A DNA stretch of 46,364 nt, from contig JBBIQV010000024.1 of the NCBI GenBank assembly GCA_037442105.1, positions 1 through 46,364 of the forward strand, in the 5' to 3' direction. This stretch comes from Nitrospiraceae bacterium (lineage in GTDB: Bacteria > Nitrospirota > Nitrospiria > Nitrospirales > Nitrospiraceae). How positions within the stretch are numbered: the stretch's first letter is position 1; each line of letters begins with the position of its first letter. This document shows, one piece after another, positions 1 to 9,158 of the stretch. A program made the position numbers and the translations under genes. The notes beneath the pieces are model-generated. The model worked only from the letters and a program-made list of their open reading frames with translations. It did not search any database and was not told the origin of the DNA.

Positions 1-58
1 CCTAGGACGCCGGCCTTTCAAGCCGGCAACACGGGTTCGAATCCCGTTGGGGACGCCA
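1..58 (+). tRNA. tRNA-Glu (anticodon TTC), 5' end truncated by window edge
   Basis: Anticodon stem CCGGC(10-14)/GCCGG(22-26) with loop CTTTCAA; T-arm ACGGG-TTCGAAT-CCCGT; encoded CCA at 56-58. Confidence 0.95.
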
Positions 59-167
59 CTTTCTCTCTCGCCCCCGCCGGTAACTCTTTGCGGCCGTTTC
101 CTTTCAACCAAATTTGATCGCAGGGACAAGGGTGGTTTCTCGATCCGTTGCATCCTCTGTTCGACCG

Positions 168-196
168 TTGAGTTTACCTGGACGGCTGGCTACACT
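168..196 (+). promoter_or_regulatory. Putative sigma70 promoter for the FGE/cytochrome c pair
   Basis: TTGAGT-N17-TACACT upstream of RBS AGGAGG (252-257). Confidence 0.5.
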
Positions 197-262
197 ACCG
201 CATGATGGAACCGCTCTCTTTCATTTATTTCGGACTTGTCTTATCGGGCAAAGGAGGCTGTT

Positions 263-1123
263 ATGAGAGGACGGCAAGTGGTGCAGTTGATTGGGGTGGC
301 GATGGTTCTGGGGACCCTCTCCCTCGGAGCAGCGGAGCCGCAGGCGGAGAAGGATGGACGGACAGCAACGGGCGAGACCAAAAAAAAGGGACCGGATGGC
401 GCGCCGATGATTCTGATTCCTGCCGGCCCCTTCACGATGGGGAGCAACGACGGCTTGCCGAATGAACGGCCTGAGCGTACCATCACGCTCGACGATTATT
501 ACATCGATCAGTACGAAGTGACCTTGGGTCTCTACCAGAAGTTTCTGGAGGCGGCCAAACATAACGCGCCCCCGACTTGGGATGACGAAGCCGCCTCGAC
601 GGTCGGCGATCGACCGGCGATCGGAATGAGTTGGGAAGATGCCGCCGCCTATTGCCAGTGGGTGGGCAAACGACTTCCAACCGAGGCTGAATGGGAGAAG
701 GCCGCGCGCGGTACGGATGGCCGGCGGTATCCCTGGGGCCACATGCAACCTTTCGTCGACATCGCCAACTACAATCGCGGTTTGTGGGTGAGTGAGGCCG
801 TGACGCTGGTTGCCGTCACCAGCGGTCTGGAAGGGATGAGTGTTCGCCACGGTTTGAAAGAAGGGGGTAAGAGCCCATACGGCTTGTACCACATGGCGGG
901 CAACGCCGCGGAGTGGGTGGCGGACTGGTACGATCGGGAATACTACCAGAAGGGCCCCGAAAAAAATCCGACCGGACCGGCCAGCGGCGAGAAAAAAGTC
1001 CTGCGAGGTGGGTCCTGGGCTGACCTGCCGACGGCCTTACGAGTGACGGCGCGATTCTCTGCCGAGCCGGACTTCCAGGACCGCACGATCGGCTTCCGCT
1101 GCGCCATGACCGCCGCGAAATGA
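263..1123 (+). CDS. Exported FGE-sulfatase (SUMF1/EgtB/PvdO/NirV-like) domain protein
   Basis: RBS AGGAGG then ATG 263; signal peptide; motifs PAGPFTMGS, YEVT, RLPTEAEWEKAARG, GLYHMAGNAAEW, RGGSW, GFRCA. Confidence 0.92.
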   Translation: MRGRQVVQLIGVAMVLGTLSLGAAEPQAEKDGRTATGETKKKGPDGAPMILIPAGPFTMGSNDGLPNERPERTITLDDYYIDQYEVTLGLYQKFLEAAKHNAPPTWDDEAASTVGDRPAIGMSWEDAAAYCQWVGKRLPTEAEWEKAARGTDGRRYPWGHMQPFVDIANYNRGLWVSEAVTLVAVTSGLEGMSVRHGLKEGGKSPYGLYHMAGNAAEWVADWYDREYYQKGPEKNPTGPASGEKKVLRGGSWADLPTALRVTARFSAEPDFQDRTIGFRCAMTAAK

Positions 1124-1136
1124 GCAGGGGTAACGC

Positions 1137-1646
1137 GTGGAGCCGTCCTCACACTCCAATGAGCAAGCCTGGACTGCGGTTATCATCGGCCTTGTTCTCT
1201 TGGTGGCTGTCTATGCGCTGATTGGAACGGAGATACCACCACCGTCGCCTGCGCCTGAGCGCCGATCTACTTCTGCTGCTGGTCCTGCCATGTTGCTCCC
1301 TGAGACCGTGCCGCTGGTTACCGGCGAGGAATCGATTCCCGAACTCTTTGCAAGGGCCGGGTGTCTGGTGTGCCACACCATCCCGGGTATCCCTGGAGCC
1401 AACGGGCAGGTGGGACCGGTGTTGGTCTTGGGGACGACGGGCCCGCTGCGCCTGGCCGATCCTCTCTACCAGGGGAAGGCCACGACCGTGCGCGACTATA
1501 TAGTGGAATCCATCCTGTCGCCCGGTCTCTATGCGGTGTCAGGGTATCCGGATCGGACGATGCCGGCCTGGTATGGGCAGAAGCTCAGCGCGGCAGCATT
1601 GGAAAAGATGGCGGCCTACCTGGAGAAGCTCACCGAGAAGGGATAG
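1137..1646 (+). CDS. Membrane-anchored monoheme cytochrome c
   Basis: N-terminal TM helix, Pro-rich linker, CLVCH heme motif, GP-x-L, YIxESIxxP and a distal MP axial Met. Confidence 0.88.
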   Translation: MEPSSHSNEQAWTAVIIGLVLLVAVYALIGTEIPPPSPAPERRSTSAAGPAMLLPETVPLVTGEESIPELFARAGCLVCHTIPGIPGANGQVGPVLVLGTTGPLRLADPLYQGKATTVRDYIVESILSPGLYAVSGYPDRTMPAWYGQKLSAAALEKMAAYLEKLTEKG

Positions 1647-1739
1647 TTACAAAGTAGCCGGGTACGGCCGTCGTGCGAGAGGAGGTTGTGCGGTTAATGG
1701 GCAAGACGCGAGAGTGGGGAGTGGCTGAAGGCGGGGGCG

Positions 1740-2906
1740 TTACCGTTTTCGGAAGGTGGAGACGTTGGAAGGAAGGCCCTGAATCTGGAAGCCCTTCTCA
1801 TCCGGCTTGGTTTTGTCGAGCAGCGCGGCGATTGCTTCCTCGCCTTTCAATCCTTCCAGCTTGATTTTCAAACGCAGGTTGTTCGCGCTGTCCGCGTTGA
1901 TCAGGGCCTGCTCGATCGTGATCTTTCCTGCCTTGTAGAGCTGGAAGAGCACGTGGTCGAACGTTTGGCAGCCTTCGTCGACGCCTTGTTCCATCGCTTC
2001 CTTCAACGTATCGACTTCGGCTTTCTTGATCAGGTCCTTGACGCGCGGCGTGTCGAGCATGATCTCGAGGGCGGGGACCCGCTTGCCGTCCACCGAAGGG
2101 ATGAGCCGCTGCGAGATGATGGCGCGCAGGTTCAACGAGAGTTGCAGATAGATTTGCGCGTGGCGCTCGGATGGGAAGAAGTTCATGATGCGCTCGATGG
2201 CCTGGTTGGCGTTGTTCGAGTGCAAGGTGCCGAGACACAAGTGACCGGTTTCCGCGAAGGTGATGGCGGCCTCCATCGTTTCCGTGTCCCGAATTTCTCC
2301 GATCAGGATCACGTCCGGCGCTTGCCGGAGCGTGTTCTTGAGCGCATTCTGGAACGATAGCGTGTCGAAGCCCACCTCGCGTTGGGTGATGAGAGATTTC
2401 TTGTGTTGGTGCACGAACTCGATGGGATCTTCAACGCTGACGATGTGGCCGGGATGGACCGTGTTGCGATGATCGATCATGGCGGCCAGCGTTGTTGATT
2501 TACCGGATCCGGTTGCGCCGACCACCAGGACCAGCCCGCGCTTCGTCATGGCGATGTCCTTGATGATGGGCGGGAGCTCGAGCTGCTCGACGGTCATGAT
2601 TTCGGCCTTGATGTGCCGGAACACCAGGCCGACGTTTCCTCTCTGGCGGAAAATGTTGACACGGAATCGGCCCAATTCCTTGTAGTAGAGGGCCAGATTC
2701 ATCTCCATCTTCTCTTCGAACTCCCCGCGCTGTTGGCCGCGCATCAGGGCGAGCGCCAAGGCTTCCAACTGTTCGTTGGTGAAGGGAGGGTCGTCGGTTC
2801 GCTGCGTCGAGCCATGGATTCGATACACCGGCGGGGCCTCGACGGTCAGATAGAGATCCGACGCTTCCCGATCGACCATCATTTTCAAGAGACTGCGAAC
2901 GTCCAT
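1740..2906 (-). CDS. pilU: Type IV pilus retraction ATPase PilU
   Basis: ASDLYL, Walker A GATGSGKST, EDPIEF, LRQAPDVILIGEIRD, ETGHLCLGTLHSNNANQAIERI, C-terminal NADSANNLRL typical of PilU. Confidence 0.92.
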   Translation of the reverse strand: MDVRSLLKMMVDREASDLYLTVEAPPVYRIHGSTQRTDDPPFTNEQLEALALALMRGQQRGEFEEKMEMNLALYYKELGRFRVNIFRQRGNVGLVFRHIKAEIMTVEQLELPPIIKDIAMTKRGLVLVVGATGSGKSTTLAAMIDHRNTVHPGHIVSVEDPIEFVHQHKKSLITQREVGFDTLSFQNALKNTLRQAPDVILIGEIRDTETMEAAITFAETGHLCLGTLHSNNANQAIERIMNFFPSERHAQIYLQLSLNLRAIISQRLIPSVDGKRVPALEIMLDTPRVKDLIKKAEVDTLKEAMEQGVDEGCQTFDHVLFQLYKAGKITIEQALINADSANNLRLKIKLEGLKGEEAIAALLDKTKPDEKGFQIQGLPSNVSTFRKR

Positions 2907-2966
2907 GCGTTTCTCCGAAACCAGAATGCGGTGTGACGCGGCCAGGCTTGGTCCGACCGGCTCACG

Positions 2967-4022
2967 TCAGGCTGCTCCGCTGGCTGCACCGAAGAGATTG
3001 GGATTCATGCTTCTGGATTGGGCTTCGCCCCTTGTGATGATACCTCGATTGGCCAGATCGACGAGCGCCATATCCATGGTCTGCATGCCGTCCTTCTGGC
3101 TAGCCTGCATCATGCCGGGGATTTGATGCAGTTTGTTCTCCCGGATCAGGTTCCGCACCGCCGTCGTGCCGATCATGATCTCTATAGCTGCGATGCGGCC
3201 GCCGCTCTTTCGCTTCAGCAACGTCTGCGTGAGCACGCCTTCGAGTGTCTCCGACAACTGTGCACGAACTTGGGCTTGTTGATTGGGGGGAAATGCATCG
3301 ATGATGCGATCGACGGTTTTCGGCGCGCTGGAAGTGTGCAGCGTCGCGAAGACGAGGTGGCCGGTTTCCGCAGCAGTCAGCGCCAACTGGATGGTTTCCA
3401 AGTCGCGCATTTCGCCGACGAGAATGACGTCCGGATCTTCGCGGAGGGTGGAGCGGAGCGCATTGGCGAAGGACAGGGTGTGGACGCCCAGTTCCCGTTG
3501 GTTGATGAGGCATTTTTTTGATTTGTGGACGAACTCGATAGGATCTTCAATGGTGATGACATGGCCTTCGAACGTGTTGTTGAGGTAATCGATCATGGCG
3601 GCCAGGGTGGTGGATTTCCCGGATCCAGTCGGGCCTGTGACGAGAATGAGCCCCTTCTCCTTGTCGCACAACTGCCGAATCACTGGCGGCATGCCGAGTT
3701 TCTCCAGCGGGAGAATTTGCGTCGGAATGGTTCGAAAAACGGCGCCGAGGCCACGGCTCTGGACGAAGACGTTGACGCGAAACCGCGCGATGTCCCCCAG
3801 ATCGAATGAAAAGTCGCATTCGCGATGCTCCTCGAACGCTTTGCGCTGCGCATCGTTCATCATGTCATAGATAAGAGCGTGGGTTTCGTCCGGCGATAGG
3901 GGCGGGTGGTCCAGTTTCTTGAGGTCGCCTTGCATGCGGATCATCGGTGGTTCGCCGGCGCTGATGTGACAGTCAGAAGCGCCCTCTTTCACGGCGAACG
4001 TCAGCAGTTTTGAAATGTCCAT
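2967..4022 (-). CDS. pilT: Type IV pilus retraction ATPase PilT
   Basis: Walker A GPTGSGKST, LREDPDVILVGEMRD, ETGHLVFATLHT, AVRNLIRE motif, GMQTMD; start at MDISKLL with RBS GAGG. Confidence 0.95.
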   Translation of the reverse strand: MDISKLLTFAVKEGASDCHISAGEPPMIRMQGDLKKLDHPPLSPDETHALIYDMMNDAQRKAFEEHRECDFSFDLGDIARFRVNVFVQSRGLGAVFRTIPTQILPLEKLGMPPVIRQLCDKEKGLILVTGPTGSGKSTTLAAMIDYLNNTFEGHVITIEDPIEFVHKSKKCLINQRELGVHTLSFANALRSTLREDPDVILVGEMRDLETIQLALTAAETGHLVFATLHTSSAPKTVDRIIDAFPPNQQAQVRAQLSETLEGVLTQTLLKRKSGGRIAAIEIMIGTTAVRNLIRENKLHQIPGMMQASQKDGMQTMDMALVDLANRGIITRGEAQSRSMNPNLFGAASGAA

Positions 4023-4191
4023 CCGGTTTTTCCTCTTTGCAAGCGAGCCTGGCAACTAATCCTGGAGCGGAACCTAATGGTGCACGGTGAATCTTTTGTG
4101 CATGATGCCATATCATGATTAGAAAGCAAGGGAATAGCGAGACGGTGAACGAGTCGAGAGAAAGAGGGCGACATGAGAAGGATATTACGGG

Positions 4192-5400
4192 CTAGATCAG
4201 TCCGAGAGAAGTGCCTGCGCGATGAAACACGGCCAACGCTTCGTCGAGTTGTTCTCGGGTATGCTCGGAAGTCACGGTGAGTCGGATACGGCTGGTGGCC
4301 TTGGGGACCGCCGGGGGGCGGATGGCGGGAGCAAAGACGCCCCCTTTCAATAACATTCGAGATAGAGCCACGGTTCGCTCGGAATCTCCGATGAGGACCG
4401 GCAGAATCGGGCTCACAGTCTCAGGCATCCGAAAACCCAGACGCTGAAGACCGGAGTGGAGATATTCGCGGTTGGCCCAGAGCCTATCGCGACGTGCTGA
4501 GTCGGCGGCGATGATGGTGAGCGCTGCCGTGGCCGCTGCGGCGGATGCCGGCGGTGGAGCGGTGGTAAAAATAAAAGAGCGAGCGGTGTTGAGAAGGTAC
4601 CGGATCACCGTGGCGGGACCGACCATGTAGGCGCCGCTGCTACCGAGGGCTTTTCCCAGTGTGCCCATGTGGAAAGGAATCCGATGTTCTATCCCGCAGT
4701 ATTCAAGCGTACCCTGCCCTCGTGACCCCATCACGCCGGTTCCGTGCGCGTCGTCGACCAGGAGTTGCGCGTCGAATCGTTCTGCAAGGTCGGCAAGGTC
4801 TTTGAGGGGGGCGATGTCCCCGTCCATGCTGAACAGCCCGTCGGTGACGATGAGCGCGCGCCGCGTCGCGGCTCGACGCGCGAGCAACGATTCGAGATGG
4901 CCGGCATCGCGGTGACGAAACACGCGGAGATCGGCCCCACTCAATCGGCAGCCGTCGATTAAGCTGGCGTGGCAGAGACGATCGGCATAGATGATGTCCC
5001 CGGAGCCGACCAAAGCAGGAATGACGCCGAGATTCGCCAGGTAGCCGGAGCCGAACACCAGTGCAGCCTCCGTCCCTTTGAATCGGGCCAGCGCCGCTTC
5101 TAAGTCCACGTGCGGAGGCAAAGTTCCGCAAACGAGTCGGGAAGCTCCCGATCCCGCGCCGAATTGTTCCGTAGTTAGGCAGGCGGCTCGGATTACAGCC
5201 GGATGCGTGGCGAGCCCGAGATAGTCGTTGGAGGCCAGCAGAATGACGCGGCGGCCATCAAGGGTGACGGTCGGGCCTGTGGCTGACTCCAAGGGACGCA
5301 GTTCACGGAGAAGATGCTGCTCATCGAGTTCCCGGAGTCGGGTGTTAAAGATGGTGGAGCGCGACGTTCGTCCCTGGGCTCGGTGTCGATGTTTGATCAT
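4192..5400 (-). CDS. bioF: 8-amino-7-oxononanoate synthase (start uncertain)
   Basis: SNDYLGL, GSGASRLV, SGYLAN, DRLCHAS, DDAHG, GTLGKALG (PLP Lys), AIRPPAVP. Confidence 0.9.
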   Translation of the reverse strand: MIKHRHRAQGRTSRSTIFNTRLRELDEQHLLRELRPLESATGPTVTLDGRRVILLASNDYLGLATHPAVIRAACLTTEQFGAGSGASRLVCGTLPPHVDLEAALARFKGTEAALVFGSGYLANLGVIPALVGSGDIIYADRLCHASLIDGCRLSGADLRVFRHRDAGHLESLLARRAATRRALIVTDGLFSMDGDIAPLKDLADLAERFDAQLLVDDAHGTGVMGSRGQGTLEYCGIEHRIPFHMGTLGKALGSSGAYMVGPATVIRYLLNTARSFIFTTAPPPASAAAATAALTIIAADSARRDRLWANREYLHSGLQRLGFRMPETVSPILPVLIGDSERTVALSRMLLKGGVFAPAIRPPAVPKATSRIRLTVTSEHTREQLDEALAVFHRAGTSLGLI

Positions 5401-5466
5401 CCTGGTCAGGAAGGTACGCTATACTTCGCCGGCGTGGTGTGTCAATGAACTCCCTCTGGCATGTGA

Positions 5467-5496
5467 TTGACAAGGTGCAAGCATCCCTTGTATAAG
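5467..5496 (+). promoter_or_regulatory. Putative sigma70 promoter for the TPR gene; a divergent TTGACA (5440-5445, minus strand) faces bioF
   Basis: TTGACA-N18-TATAAG on plus; TTGACA-N16-TATAGC on minus. Confidence 0.45.
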
Positions 5497-5560
5497 GCGC
5501 GCAGCCGCGTGGTTGCCTGGTGTGAGACAGGTTGCCAACGGAAGGTGGGAGGAGGAGGGT

Positions 5561-6298
5561 ATGTCGTACAAAATTCGGGTTCCGTCAAAGACGACAACGG
5601 TTGACGAGACGCAGTTGCTCACGGGTATAGAGCGACTGCTTGTCACGCTGGAGGAACACCGTCGGGCTGTGTTCGTGGGCGGCGGTGTCGTGTTTTTGGC
5701 CGTGCTCGTGGTCGCCGGCGTCTTCTGGTTTGACTATCAGATGGGCCAGAAGGCGTTGTCCCTCGATCAAGAGGCGACGCGCCATTATCTGACGAGACCA
5801 GCAGACAAGCCGGAGATAGCGGACAAAAATCTCAAAGAGGCGATTGCGTTGTACCGGCAGGTGGTAGAGCAGTACCCCCGCACGGCCAGCGCGCCGATCG
5901 CGCAATATCATTTAGGAAACGCGCTGGTGCAGGCGAATGACCTGGATGCAGCCATCGAGGCGTACAAACGCTTCGTCGTGCTCTATGGGTCCAATTCGAG
6001 CCTGCTCGCGCTTGTGCAGCAACGGCTGGCTTATGCGTATCTCCTGAAAGGGGATCGGGATCAGGCGGCGAAAGCGTTTTCGTCGATCATTGACATGCCG
6101 GGAGCGCTCAATAAAGATCACGCGCTGTTCGAACTCGGCAAGCTCGAAGAATCCCGATCAAGGCCGGAAGGCGCGTTGGCCCACTACCAAGATCTGATTA
6201 GAAACTATCCCAATTCTTCCTTCGCCAGCGAAGCGGCGGTTCGGGTCAAAGTGCTTGAGATTAAGAAAGGGCCCGATGATGGGAAGGCGAAGGAGTGA
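5561..6298 (+). CDS. Membrane-anchored TPR protein (YfgM/CpoB-like)
   Basis: RBS GGAGGAGG then ATG 5561; single TM helix followed by TPR helices (YPRTASAPIAQYHLGN, YPNSSFA). Confidence 0.85.
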   Translation: MSYKIRVPSKTTTVDETQLLTGIERLLVTLEEHRRAVFVGGGVVFLAVLVVAGVFWFDYQMGQKALSLDQEATRHYLTRPADKPEIADKNLKEAIALYRQVVEQYPRTASAPIAQYHLGNALVQANDLDAAIEAYKRFVVLYGSNSSLLALVQQRLAYAYLLKGDRDQAAKAFSSIIDMPGALNKDHALFELGKLEESRSRPEGALAHYQDLIRNYPNSSFASEAAVRVKVLEIKKGPDDGKAKE

Positions 6299-6300
6299 CC

Positions 6301-7653
6301 CTATCTGGCGATCGCTAAGAGGTCGCCAGGTCTGATGATTGGGCTGGTGAGGTTGTTTCTGGTCTTCAGCGCCTTGACCGAGACCCTAAATCGTTTGGCG
6401 ACTTTCTCCAAAGTATCGCCTACCCGTACTCGATACCACCGGGACGAGTTCGCCTGGACCTTCTGACTTTTTGCAGACAACGGCGGGAATTTCCAGGTTG
6501 GGATCCGATCGAGCATTTGCTCCACCTTCGATTTTGTGCCGACCGGAACTTTCAATCGGTAGTCGGAATCATCCGGCGGAGTTGCGTCCCGTCGGAGCTC
6601 CGGATTGAACAAGCGCAGATCCTCATAAGAAATACCCGTAGCATTTTCGATCGCTCGGAAGTGAATGGGGCGACTCACGATGACTTCTTCGAACTCATGG
6701 GGAGCCGCGGGTTCTTGAGAAAAACCGTATCGATCCGGGTTCTTGGCAATGATGGTGGCAGCCATGAATCGTGGGACATACTCTTTCGTCTCCCGCCGAA
6801 TGAGTCTCGTCTTCGAAATCTCCGAAAAGCTCTCAGCCTGCGCTTTCTGAAGGGCGCGCATGACCTTCCCTTCACCGGCATTATAGGCGGCCATGGCAAG
6901 CGGCCAAGCCCCAAAGAGATCATAGAGATCGCGCAGGTACCGTGCGGCGGCCACCGAGGACTTGATCGGGTCTCGTCGCTCGTCCACATACTGATCAACA
7001 CGCAAGCCGTATACCTTGGCGGTTCCTTTCATGAACTGCCAGGGGCCGGTGGCTCGGGCGCGTGAGTATGCGTAGGGGTTGAAGCCGCTTTCAACCAAAG
7101 ACAGATAGACCAGATCGCTGGGCAAGTTGAACTCAGAAAAGATCCGTTCAACCAGGGGCCGATACTTGCTCAAACGAGTGAGCCACTGTTCGAATCGACT
7201 CCGAATAGAAGTATTGAAATATCGAATATGACCTTGGACCGATGGGTCCGGCATAATCGGCACATTGTAATGGGAGGGTTCGAACCCGGCAGCTCGTTCG
7301 TCCTGGTTCTGGATGACTTCCGCAGGGGGATTCAGCAAATCCGAAAACCGGGCCACGGGGCCGGTCAGAGGTTTGATCTGCAGGATGTCTTCTGCGCGAG
7401 GAACATCTGAGCGATCTTGCGTGAGCGCCGGCGTGTCGTCGCTCACATCTTTTGCCATAGCTTCAGGGGGGAGCGCTTCTCCTGCGTCTGGTTCTTCCAC
7501 TTCTGCCGAGGTGATAGTGGTATTCGACGCGATATCTTGAGCAGTTCCGTATCCTGGAGCCAGCATGATCGCCAGGGTTAGAACACTGGCGGCTGTTACC
7601 TGAAACAGGAACAGGCTGGACTCCGTCTTCACAGGGGAAAATGCATAAGTCAT
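6301..7653 (-). CDS. mltD: Lytic murein transglycosylase with LysM domain (MltD-like)
   Basis: SLT motifs LVESGF, ATGPWQFM, AYNAGEG, ETKEYVP; C-terminal LysM YRVRVGDTLEKVAKRF. Confidence 0.9.
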   Translation of the reverse strand: MTYAFSPVKTESSLFLFQVTAASVLTLAIMLAPGYGTAQDIASNTTITSAEVEEPDAGEALPPEAMAKDVSDDTPALTQDRSDVPRAEDILQIKPLTGPVARFSDLLNPPAEVIQNQDERAAGFEPSHYNVPIMPDPSVQGHIRYFNTSIRSRFEQWLTRLSKYRPLVERIFSEFNLPSDLVYLSLVESGFNPYAYSRARATGPWQFMKGTAKVYGLRVDQYVDERRDPIKSSVAAARYLRDLYDLFGAWPLAMAAYNAGEGKVMRALQKAQAESFSEISKTRLIRRETKEYVPRFMAATIIAKNPDRYGFSQEPAAPHEFEEVIVSRPIHFRAIENATGISYEDLRLFNPELRRDATPPDDSDYRLKVPVGTKSKVEQMLDRIPTWKFPPLSAKSQKVQANSSRWYRVRVGDTLEKVAKRFRVSVKALKTRNNLTSPIIRPGDLLAIAR

Positions 7654-7659
7654 TGGGCA

Positions 7660-7688
7660 AGACTAGCGGGAAGGAAGGGTGATGTCAA
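7660..7688 (-). promoter_or_regulatory. Sigma70 promoter for mltD-like gene, probably leaderless transcript
   Basis: Minus strand reads TTGACA-N17-TAGTCT, then 6 nt, then the ATG at 7653. Confidence 0.6.
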
Positions 7689-7821
7689 GAAATTGCAGGC
7701 CTGAAGCCAATCCCCCGTTCGTAGGACCCCACCCGTAGTGGAACACGAACGGTGACCGAGGTGCACCGTCCAACTACTCTCCAACCCGCTGAAAACACGG
7801 ATTCTTCTGACTTTCGCTTCC

Positions 7822-7851
7822 TTGACTCCTAATTAGGGGCTGTGGTAGCGT
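7822..7851 (+). promoter_or_regulatory. Putative sigma70 promoter for the aminotransferase-serA operon
   Basis: TTGACT-N18-TAGCGT with a TG extension. Confidence 0.4.
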
Positions 7852-7906
7852 GCACGCTTCCAACGCCTCAACTTTCTGCAACGCTGTTGACGAGGAGGAG
7901 CTGGCA

Positions 7907-9052
7907 ATGCTGAAACGATATCTTCTGGCTCCGGGACCGACACCGGTGCCTCCGGAGGTGCTCTTGGCCATGGCAAGGCCGATCATTCACCACCGGGCGC
8001 CCGAATTCGCCCAGTTGTTCGGTGAGGTCCGCGACGAGCTGAAATGGCTGTTCCAGACGCGAAACGATGTCTTGATTTTAGCCGCGTCCGGTACGGGCGG
8101 AATGGAGGGGGCGGTCTCGAACTTTCTGTCCCCTGGCGACAAATCGCTGTGTGTCAATGCAGGTAAGTTTGGAGAGCGATGGGGGAAACTCTGCAAGACT
8201 TTCGGTGCACAGGTGACGGAACTCAAGGTTGAGTGGGGGAGGGCGGTCGATCCCCAGGCGGTGGCCGATGCGCTGAAGAAGGACCCTTCCATTAAGGCGG
8301 TCTATGTGCAAGCGAGCGAGACCTCCACGGGGGTGGCCCATGATGTGAAGACGATTGCTGAAGTGGTCAAACCGTACGACGGGACGATCCTGGTGGTAGA
8401 TGCCATCACTGCGCTTGGTGTCTTCGACATTAAGACGGATGCCTGGGGGATCGACGTGGTGGTAACCGGGTCGCAGAAGGCCCTGATGTTGCCGCCGGGG
8501 TTGGCCTTTGTCAGTGTGAGTGAGAAGGCCTGGCAGTTGGCCGAGAAGGCAAAGAACGGGGCCTTCTATTTCAACTTCAAGAAGGAACGAGACTCACAAA
8601 TCAAGAATCAAACCGCCTATACGCCGGCTGTGTCGCTGATCGTTGGACTAAAGGAAGTGCTGAGGATGTTGAAAGCGGAGGGGCTGGACGCGGTGTTTGC
8701 CAGGCAAGCTGCGCTTGCGAACGCGATGCGCGAAGGGGTTAAAGCCGCCGGGCTGTCTCTCTTCCCAAAGGAATCGCCCAGTGATGCCCTCACGGCAATT
8801 GCCGCTCCTGATGGTGTCGACGGACAGGCTGTGTACAAGAATCTGCGGGTCCACTATGGCATGACGGCGGCCGGTGGGCAGGATCATCTCAGGGGCAAGA
8901 TTTTCCGGATCTCCCACATGGGGTATATGGATAGCTTCGATGTCATCACGGCACTTGCTGCAATGGAGATGGTATTGAAAGGACTCGGACATCCGGTGAA
9001 ACTCGGCAGCGGAGTCGCACGAGCGCAAGAATTGCTGATGGCCAAAGGATAG
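7907..9052 (+). CDS. Class V PLP aminotransferase (serine-pyruvate/alanine-glyoxylate family), probable phosphoserine aminotransferase by context
   Basis: RBS GAGGAGGAG; PGPTP, SGTGGMEG, ETSTG, VDAI, GSQKAL (PLP Lys), FRISHMG; directly upstream of serA. Confidence 0.88.
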   Translation: MLKRYLLAPGPTPVPPEVLLAMARPIIHHRAPEFAQLFGEVRDELKWLFQTRNDVLILAASGTGGMEGAVSNFLSPGDKSLCVNAGKFGERWGKLCKTFGAQVTELKVEWGRAVDPQAVADALKKDPSIKAVYVQASETSTGVAHDVKTIAEVVKPYDGTILVVDAITALGVFDIKTDAWGIDVVVTGSQKALMLPPGLAFVSVSEKAWQLAEKAKNGAFYFNFKKERDSQIKNQTAYTPAVSLIVGLKEVLRMLKAEGLDAVFARQAALANAMREGVKAAGLSLFPKESPSDALTAIAAPDGVDGQAVYKNLRVHYGMTAAGGQDHLRGKIFRISHMGYMDSFDVITALAAMEMVLKGLGHPVKLGSGVARAQELLMAKG

Positions 9053-9053
9053 T

Positions 9054-9156
9054 TAGTCGAAAAGTCTATCAGGTCCGAAAGTCCAAAGTCCGCATCAGAG
9101 GGAGCCGGGACGAGCGACGTGACGACTTTATGACTTTCAGACTTTATTATGGACTG
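9054..9156. repeat. Inverted array of short AAAGTC/GACTTT repeats
   Basis: AAAGTCT..AGGTCCG AAAGTCC AAAGTCC, a spacer, then GACTTTA TGACTTT CAGACTTT. Confidence 0.75.
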
Positions 9157-9158
9157 AC

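Noticed and set aside
1..260. tRNA-Glu 3' end as an integration site
   Set aside because: No integrase follows and I saw no duplicate of the tRNA 3' end in the window
263..1123. FGE/CLec-fold gene as a diversity-generating retroelement target
   Set aside because: No reverse transcriptase, Avd gene or template repeat was seen in the window
4081..4117. TGCAC-N12-GTGCA and CATGAT-N5-ATCATG dyads upstream of pilT as an NtrC site
   Set aside because: Spacing does not fit the NtrC consensus (N7) and such short dyads can arise by chance
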